From Nemertoderma westbladi (lineage: Eukaryota; Animalia; Xenacoelomorpha): a DNA stretch of 64,000 nucleotides. The stretch spans positions 62,001 through 126,000 of the forward strand of contig JAUCBJ010006629.1 of NCBI GenBank assembly GCA_032718475.1, in the 5' to 3' direction. The notes beneath the pieces are model-generated. The model had not been told where the DNA came from and did not search any database. It saw only the letters and a program-made list of their open reading frames with translations. Shown here piece by piece: positions 57,661-64,000 of this stretch (position 1 is the stretch's first letter; the number at the start of each line of letters is the position of its first letter). Both the position numbers and the translations under genes were made by a program.

Positions 57661-58920
57661 TTAATCGATATGTATTTCTTTCCTGCTATTTAAACTTAAT
57701 GATTGATCATAAATATTAAAAACGATTACATTTATGGTCTCAACCAGCGGTTCGGCAAATCTTAATTTTAATTGTCCGTTAGTATATATCGAGGGTTGCG
57801 GATCTCTAACATAACCGTCGGCTGTTAGGTCCCAGGATAGGAGGAGGCAATTACCTAAGTAGGTTTCATGGTCTATATTATTTCCCCCATAACCGTTAAT
57901 ATATGTATTAATGTTCTTCATTAATTGTGTATACTCAAAAATATAAGTTCCGTCTGTAAAATTAGGCTCGTATATTACACCTCCTACAGGAAGACCGTCT
58001 ACAATCAGTTCCGCGCGTCTAAGGTTAAAATGTTCAAATTTCAATGGGTTACTAATTAATTCTCCTGAATAAGCGTTATTTGTTATGAAGCCAATAATAA
58101 CTAATTTGGGTTTTTTACCATCAAATATGTTTGTTTGGGTGTAATTTGTGGTTTGAGCGGGAATAGTAAATGTAGTCACCTCTTTCTTTTGGAATTGATA
58201 TTCAATATCGTAACTCTCTAAACCTTTTAGGTGACTGCTTTCTATTACCGGATTAACCTCCATTCTAGGGATTAGGATCTTTAATTCATCTAATTCTAGC
58301 CGAAGATTTGTCACGGCATTTGCGTTTGGAGTGATTTTAAAAATAAACGAATTTGATACTTTTCTAAAATGCATTCTTAAATCATACCCAGGTTGTATTA
58401 TTTTACTTTCAGTATCAAAATCAATCGTCAACCCACTTACAAATTGCATTTGTTTACTAAAGGCATCGTCAATAGGATGCGTGCCGGGGTCAATTTCATT
58501 TCCATGTTCAGACAAAGGTTGTTGAAAACCACCCGCCCCCAGTAACCCGTTTTTATCCTCGTAAGTTGTAAATAATAAATTGGATAAGTACGACTTGTAG
58601 AAATAATGGTTATTGCTATTTTCAACCTGCTTCTCATTAAGGTCTATTTTAATATCACTCCACATAGTTTCAGCGGGGTAATTCAGCATATATATATGAG
58701 AGTTTTCAAGTCGCCTATCCCAGCGTACAGTACATTTTGTAATTAATAACGCATCTTGCAGTTTCGTATAGAATTCATTGGATCTTGGGACAAGGAACGT
58801 GACCTCCCTAGATTCACTTCGGAGATTGGATACTGGGTAAATTGTTTCATAATGCTTTGCTTTAAATTCAGTCTGTATTGGCTGTGTAGAAAATAAATCT
58901 AATTCCTTAATAATTGACAT
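57661..58920 (-). CDS. Major capsid protein (double jelly-roll)
   Basis: ELDLF...IQT, P..VIIGF.....YSG...NP..F.HF, WDLT.D and L.L.FA.PL motifs. 419 aa. Confidence 0.9.
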   Translation of the reverse strand: MSIIKELDLFSTQPIQTEFKAKHYETIYPVSNLRSESREVTFLVPRSNEFYTKLQDALLITKCTVRWDRRLENSHIYMLNYPAETMWSDIKIDLNEKQVENSNNHYFYKSYLSNLLFTTYEDKNGLLGAGGFQQPLSEHGNEIDPGTHPIDDAFSKQMQFVSGLTIDFDTESKIIQPGYDLRMHFRKVSNSFIFKITPNANAVTNLRLELDELKILIPRMEVNPVIESSHLKGLESYDIEYQFQKKEVTTFTIPAQTTNYTQTNIFDGKKPKLVIIGFITNNAYSGELISNPLKFEHFNLRRAELIVDGLPVGGVIYEPNFTDGTYIFEYTQLMKNINTYINGYGGNNIDHETYLGNCLLLSWDLTADGYVRDPQPSIYTNGQLKLRFAEPLVETINVIVFNIYDQSLSLNSRKEIHID

Positions 58921-58922
58921 TA

Positions 58923-59486
58923 TTAAAAAATACTTTTTTCGCAGTGTTTCAGTTTGCCTTTTTTCATTTTTCTCTTTTTACTACGTCGATGATGTATGTT
59001 CATAGACATTGGTCTAGCGGGTCGCTTTAAATCTCTGTAAACTTTTTCTACAACAGATCTGGTTGATGGTTTCATTTTATTTAATGCTTTATTAATAACT
59101 GTATTTGCCTGCTGATGTAAGACCCGCTTACCTTTTGGTATTACGTGTTGTCTCATAAATTTTGTGGTAAATGGTAAAGCTTTTTGTAACACTTTTTTAG
59201 CTAATGGTTTACCAAATTTTTTCAATGTAGATAAAGCGTCTGTAAATATACCTTCCCCGTGTTGATTTGCCCGCATACCTCTAGGATAACGTTGAAAACG
59301 ACGTTGTTTTAAGTTTGGACCAAATGCGTCAATTTGTTGACCGTAAGGGTCAATATATGAACCACCTCGAAAAACAGGAACTTGCGTCGAGCCTCTGGTA
59401 CTTCTTCCGCCTTTAAAAACAGCAAGATTAGAGTCTGAACCCCCATATTGAGGTTTACTGTATCTTTGAAATAAATCGGAATCCAT
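58923..59486 (-). CDS. Basic virion core-like protein with putative adenain sites
   Basis: QYGG, FKGG, FRGG and QHGEG followed by an amphipathic basic helix; K/R-rich tail. Confidence 0.65.
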   Translation of the reverse strand: MDSDLFQRYSKPQYGGSDSNLAVFKGGRSTRGSTQVPVFRGGSYIDPYGQQIDAFGPNLKQRRFQRYPRGMRANQHGEGIFTDALSTLKKFGKPLAKKVLQKALPFTTKFMRQHVIPKGKRVLHQQANTVINKALNKMKPSTRSVVEKVYRDLKRPARPMSMNIHHRRSKKRKMKKGKLKHCEKSIF

Positions 59487-59487
59487 T

Positions 59488-60333
59488 TTAATTTATTCGT
59501 TTAAAGTGTAAGGTAATACAAGTTGTCCCGTATTCAAAATTCAAATCTTTTCCTTGTTTGTCTGTTATTTCAATATGAATGTATGTTATCTTATATGATT
59601 TTTTTACAGGGATATAATGAATTGTATCCTTGGCAAATTCTTTATTTATTACGCTACCATATTTCACGTCATCAGGTATCGCCACGCGACGAAGTAAAGC
59701 TAAACCAAATTCATTAATATATTGATTTTCAATTATATTAGTAGTCACGTACATGTTCGACTTAGGTTCTGGAATAGAGTTGGGAGGTTGAGGGCATAAA
59801 AATACCATCTGGTAAGATTTTTCTTCATTTCCGATAACCTTTATTAAATAACCCTTTATGTTATTTTTCGTCTTCAAAATAATTTTAAAATTTGGATTTA
59901 AATTCGCGCCGAGATTATTTTCAGTAATTCCAAAATAATAGGCTAATTGTTGACCTATAAATAACTCTCGCACAGTTTTCCCTAAAATAAATTGCAACCT
60001 ATTTTGCTGAGTATTTTCAACTATTTGTAATTTATCTTTCAACGCCCCAGTGTTAAAATAATCTATAATGTCATTGATACTGTAGAACAAGCCGGATGGA
60101 AGTGTATCCTCAAAATTTTTTTTTCCTTTTTTTAATAAAATAACATTCTCTACATTGTTATACATGGACGGCAACGTAGCTAAGTAAAATATACTTTTTA
60201 TACCTACCACCCAGTTTTCGTTTGGATTTATAGGTAAGGCACCGTGAAAATTGATTTGATAATTACTGGCGTTATTGCGAGGAAAATCAATTGGACATGA
60301 GTTACTCGGCAGCCTTACGTAGAATTCATCCAT
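59488..60333 (-). CDS. Minor capsid protein (penton), paralogue 2
   Basis: FYVRLPSNS...FP.N..S.Y, W.VG, LLR, YIPV and I.I.D..G....F.....ITLHF. ATG likely at 60333. Confidence 0.85.
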   Translation of the reverse strand: MDEFYVRLPSNSCPIDFPRNNASNYQINFHGALPINPNENWVVGIKSIFYLATLPSMYNNVENVILLKKGKKNFEDTLPSGLFYSINDIIDYFNTGALKDKLQIVENTQQNRLQFILGKTVRELFIGQQLAYYFGITENNLGANLNPNFKIILKTKNNIKGYLIKVIGNEEKSYQMVFLCPQPPNSIPEPKSNMYVTTNIIENQYINEFGLALLRRVAIPDDVKYGSVINKEFAKDTIHYIPVKKSYKITYIHIEITDKQGKDLNFEYGTTCITLHFKRIN

Positions 60334-61198
60334 CGCTACCACCACGTATTAACTTAAGTGTTACAACAGTGCGACCTCCGTTGAAGTTAATTAGTTGCCC
60401 CTGTCCGTCACGTAAAGTAATTAATATTGTTTTTAGTTTTTTATTCAACAAAGGATAATAGCAAATGCTCTCGTATTCGTGATTAATATATTTTCGATTT
60501 AATTGCGTTAAAGGACAGGTTCTTAAGAGCGGTGCTAAAGCGTCGCCAACAAATGAGCTCTCAATAATATCTGTATATATGAAGATTGTATTTTTATTAC
60601 GTGTTATATTCGTGGGATTAGGAAAATCTAAAATGCCAATTTCTGAAATTTTTGGTCCGCTATAATTTAAAATTAATATTGGCTGTTCTATATTGCTTAA
60701 TTCATCTACTGTAGTGGTACTGTATATATCCCAATTCGGAATATCCGGATGATTCTGATCCAATAACGGTTTTAAGCCTAGAATTTGTATTAAATCACCG
60801 CGGAGACTTAATTGTATTTTTTTCAACTTTTTAGGAAATTTAAATTTAATTCTAGAATTATTTGTATAAAAAATGAATTCGAAATCTCTATATTTCGCTT
60901 CAGAATTAAACAGTTTATTTATATCATCAATAATGACTTGAATAGAGTTATGCATACCAGGAAATAAACTGAATAATTTAGCATCTTTTGCATCGACGCC
61001 GATTGACAGCGAGATTTGAGTTTGCAGCGTAATATTACTGTATGTTGCTTGATATTGAAGTTCGGCAAGACCAATTTTGGCGTTTGGACCAATATATAAT
61101 TCTTCGGCTAAATCAACAGTAAACTCGCTAGGATTATTATTGGGGTAAGTGCTTAATGAACTATCTGACAGTAGAGTGATATATGTATCTGTGGCCAT
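60326..61198 (-). CDS. Minor capsid protein (penton), paralogue 1
   Basis: YITL.SDSS...YP.N..SEF...L, IYTDIIE...VGD..APLLR, YYPL and LRD..G..I.F. Confidence 0.88.
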   Translation of the reverse strand: MATDTYITLLSDSSLSTYPNNNPSEFTVDLAEELYIGPNAKIGLAELQYQATYSNITLQTQISLSIGVDAKDAKLFSLFPGMHNSIQVIIDDINKLFNSEAKYRDFEFIFYTNNSRIKFKFPKKLKKIQLSLRGDLIQILGLKPLLDQNHPDIPNWDIYSTTTVDELSNIEQPILILNYSGPKISEIGILDFPNPTNITRNKNTIFIYTDIIESSFVGDALAPLLRTCPLTQLNRKYINHEYESICYYPLLNKKLKTILITLRDGQGQLINFNGGRTVVTLKLIRGGSDG

Positions 61199-61435
61199 TA
61201 TTTAAGCTCGCTCTCTCTACTTGACTCCATTGTACATACAGTATAATGTTAAATAATAGACATCTGTGACCACGTTCATTGCCGCATCTTCTACAGAATA
61301 TGCGTGGGATCAATATTTTACTGGCTTTATTTAAAGCGGGTGAACTATATAGTATAGTAATATCATTCGAGTTAATATTGATTAATTACGGTCATATGCA
61401 ACCAAAATGAATTAATATACAGTAGAAACCTAAGC

Positions 61436-62539
61436 TTATTGAATGTGTTGCACCCAAGACTGTTTCTTGGATCCGATGAATCGGACTAAATATTCTTTCT
61501 TCCCATTGCGCACACGTTCTTTAAGTTTGCCAATATTTTTGTCAATCGGAAGATAAATATTACTGTTCGGGTGGACCTTTTGGAGTTCGTATGAATAAAA
61601 TGAGCCTTTTATTATAGCTCCAGCGCTGTCCTTAATATCGAACATTACCGCTGGTACTCTATCCAATCTAACACGATGAATAATAAATAATTCACGTGTC
61701 CATTGTTCTCGATAGCCTTTAGCAAAAGCAGTACGGGCGATAGATAATCGTACTGTATCTCTAACTTTAAATTTTATTTTCTTGTGATTTATCTGTCTAT
61801 ATTTCCCATATAATCTATTCATTAATTCAGTTTCATTAAATTTATTAACTTCAATGGGTGTCATTTTTATTGTTCTATGATACGACCTATTATAAGCTGA
61901 GATAAGCTTAGGTAAAATTTTTATCCAAACATTATTTCCCCTCTGAGTGAAAATTTTGAACATCTTTGTTTTTAATGTGCGATTGAATCTCTCAACAATA
62001 GCCGCCTTATTCACAGAGTACATTACGTAATACTGTATACCTAACGTATCTAAATATTTCCTTACAGATTTATTTAGAAACTCAGAACCTTGATCCGTGG
62101 CGATTCTCTTTGGTTTACCCTTTTGGAATATTTTTTGCAATATACTAATAATCTCAATACCTGTTTTTGTTTTCATACCATAGCCAAAAGCAAGCCGACT
62201 GAAGGCATCAATGCACGTCAATATATAGTTATAATTATTATTTTGCGATTTATATTGCTGCATATCCACCAAATCTATCATATATATATCTTTTAACCCT
62301 CCCGTAAATATTTTAGATGTTGGATAATGTTGTCTACGTGGTGCGTGAAGGGTGTATGTATTTTGCCCGCTCAACCATTTCTGGGCTTGAGCTGGTTTGA
62401 TGTTTGCGGCTTTTGCTAATTTTGCGACACTTGCAAATCCCGCAGGAGATGAAGGATCTAAATAAATTCTTGACAGTTTTTTGTCTAAGCTTCGAGTTAA
62501 AATCGGTTTCATCTTGCGAGGCATCTTTTCGACAACCAC
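61436..62539 (-). CDS. Retroviral-like (rve) integrase with a chromodomain-like tail
   Basis: IDLVDM, CIDAFSR, TDQGSEF, KAAIVERFNRTLK, YN...H.TI.MTP, F.KGY...WT.E.F and EYLVRF.G....SWV. ATG likely at 62524. Confidence 0.95.
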   Translation of the reverse strand: MVVEKMPRKMKPILTRSLDKKLSRIYLDPSSPAGFASVAKLAKAANIKPAQAQKWLSGQNTYTLHAPRRQHYPTSKIFTGGLKDIYMIDLVDMQQYKSQNNNYNYILTCIDAFSRLAFGYGMKTKTGIEIISILQKIFQKGKPKRIATDQGSEFLNKSVRKYLDTLGIQYYVMYSVNKAAIVERFNRTLKTKMFKIFTQRGNNVWIKILPKLISAYNRSYHRTIKMTPIEVNKFNETELMNRLYGKYRQINHKKIKFKVRDTVRLSIARTAFAKGYREQWTRELFIIHRVRLDRVPAVMFDIKDSAGAIIKGSFYSYELQKVHPNSNIYLPIDKNIGKLKERVRNGKKEYLVRFIGSKKQSWVQHIQ

Positions 62540-62575
62540 AAGTAATATGTATATTCAAATCTCTTATAAAGGGCA

Positions 62576-62749
62576 TCACCGTAAGAACAACTGAAATTTT
62601 TTTTTAATTATTTTCTTTGACGTTGATGTTTTGAAGGGTTTTCTTTTTGTAGTATTTACTCTAGGTATATCTTGTGGTTTTAAATCAGTAGCTAACGGTT
62701 TACTCGATACTAAATATAATTTTCTAAATGTTACTCCTGTTTTAACCAT
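62576..62749 (-). CDS. Small basic Polinton ORF (57 aa)
   Basis: MVKTGVTFRKLYLVS...; fills the gap between two genes on the same strand. Confidence 0.45.
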   Translation of the reverse strand: MVKTGVTFRKLYLVSSKPLATDLKPQDIPRVNTTKRKPFKTSTSKKIIKKKFQLFLR

Positions 62750-62757
62750 TATTATTA

Positions 62758-63141
62758 TTACCGTCTACGGTTAATTTTTTTCGCAATAGCCGCTCCAGCG
62801 GCAGCGGCCCCCGCACTCGCGGCAAGTTTCGCACCAATGCCGAGTAAGGGTATTAGAAACGGAAGTATGCCTCCAGATTGATTGCTTAACTTTTTTCTGT
62901 AACTTGATATATTTTTTGTCTTACGGTTGAGGGATTTCAATACCTTCTTATATCGCCGAATATTTCTAAATGAATGCGGGGTCAATTGTACGTTACCATT
63001 TAGAACATTTAATGCGGTATTTACAATGAGCCGTATTAATTCGTTACTGGCGGTATGGTTAATAAAATAAGTTCTTTGTTGAGGGGTAGCGCTGCGTAGA
63101 AATTCCAGTTCGTTTCGATATTTCTGCACAAGTCTATTCAT
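62758..63141 (-). CDS. Small basic virion protein with a QSGG site and hydrophobic tail
   Basis: N.LNGNV.L...NQSGG|ILPFLIPLL, a pattern common in Polinton small ORFs. Confidence 0.7.
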   Translation of the reverse strand: MNRLVQKYRNELEFLRSATPQQRTYFINHTASNELIRLIVNTALNVLNGNVQLTPHSFRNIRRYKKVLKSLNRKTKNISSYRKKLSNQSGGILPFLIPLLGIGAKLAASAGAAAAGAAIAKKINRRR

Positions 63142-63181
63142 TGTTGCAACATTATTGAAAATTGTTACAAAATATTAATTA

Positions 63182-63859
63182 TTAATTATTATTATTATTA
63201 TTATTTTCGCTACGTTTATAGTCAATGTAATTTTTAATGTAACAATTATGATTACGAAATATATCCGATCTAAATCTTAAATGTTCGGGTGTTTCCTGCC
63301 GTAAATCAATTAAGAAATGTGAAAATGGCTCAATTGTTGCATCTTGATAAGAATCAACTAAAAATTTGGTCTGCCCTGGTAACATTTGCTTCGCGAAATT
63401 TAAAACCGATAGACTGTCTCTTGGATTTTTCATTAATACTAAAGTATGGCTATTAATTGATCTTGTGCGGTTATGCTTCCCACCGTAAAACATGTTTTGC
63501 GTTATAAAACAAATAAATATATTGGAATGATGAGCTACCTTAGTAAACAATACAGTTAATGCTGTACTGGACTCAGTTTCTGTTAACAAATCATCTATAA
63601 TTAATAAATCTCGACTATTCACTAAAGTATCTATATTTTCAGGCAAGCCTTTGTAAAGGTGAGTAATACCAGGAATAGTTGGTGGATTGCTCCCGTAACA
63701 ATATAATACTCGCAAGGGGGCTTCGTTGAAGCAGCCATTCTTGTGTTTAATTAAATTCCCCACAAAGGTTGACTTTCCGGAACCAGATGGGCCAGAAATT
63801 ATCATACTTGTTCCCATTTGAAAGTTTAAATTATATGGGCCTGAATTAAAGTCAGCCAT
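63182..63859 (-). CDS. FtsK/A32-like packaging ATPase
   Basis: Walker A GPSGSGKS, Walker B LIIDD, ITQN, R...INS and KNPRD. Confidence 0.93.
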   Translation of the reverse strand: MADFNSGPYNLNFQMGTSMIISGPSGSGKSTFVGNLIKHKNGCFNEAPLRVLYCYGSNPPTIPGITHLYKGLPENIDTLVNSRDLLIIDDLLTETESSTALTVLFTKVAHHSNIFICFITQNMFYGGKHNRTRSINSHTLVLMKNPRDSLSVLNFAKQMLPGQTKFLVDSYQDATIEPFSHFLIDLRQETPEHLRFRSDIFRNHNCYIKNYIDYKRSENNNNNNN

Positions 63860-64000
63860 TTATTATTATTATTAAGATATATCAACAATATAATATAATA
63901 TAATATCAATATCAATATCAATAAACCATCACCATTACTATGTATATAACAATAATTGATGGAACTACAATATTAGAGTACTGTATATTTAATTAACATA

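Larger units (their letters stand above)
27329..64000. mobile_element. Polinton/Maverick (adintovirus-like endogenous virus), right end outside the window
   Basis: pPolB, integrase, packaging ATPase, adenain, MCP and pentons are all present. The left end is inferred from AGTAGTAGT at 27329; (AGT)n termini are typical of Polintons. Confidence 0.95.

Overview
AT-rich eukaryotic, probably invertebrate, DNA made almost entirely of nested mobile elements. Left part (1-27.3 kb): an internally deleted BEL/Pao LTR retrotransposon, two G-rich 42-bp minisatellite arrays inside a local duplication, several MITE-like elements, a truncated CRE-like non-LTR 3' end and one WD40 exon. Right part (~27.3 kb to beyond the window): a Polinton/Maverick (adintovirus-like) element with pPolB, ATPase, integrase, two pentons, major capsid protein, adenain protease, a DEDD-like protein, a TBP-like gene and a PC4-like gene. 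Its pPolB is split by a recent 20,051-bp BEL/Pao retrotransposon (2.1-kb LTRs, CCAAT TSD). This BEL element carries an extra 1235-aa ORF (DEDD 3'-5' exonuclease plus three CCHC knuckles) at the env position. It has no TGG tRNA primer-binding site; the 11 nt at that position are exactly complementary to a sequence in its own LTR, suggesting self-priming. All family calls come from motifs read by eye, not from database searches.
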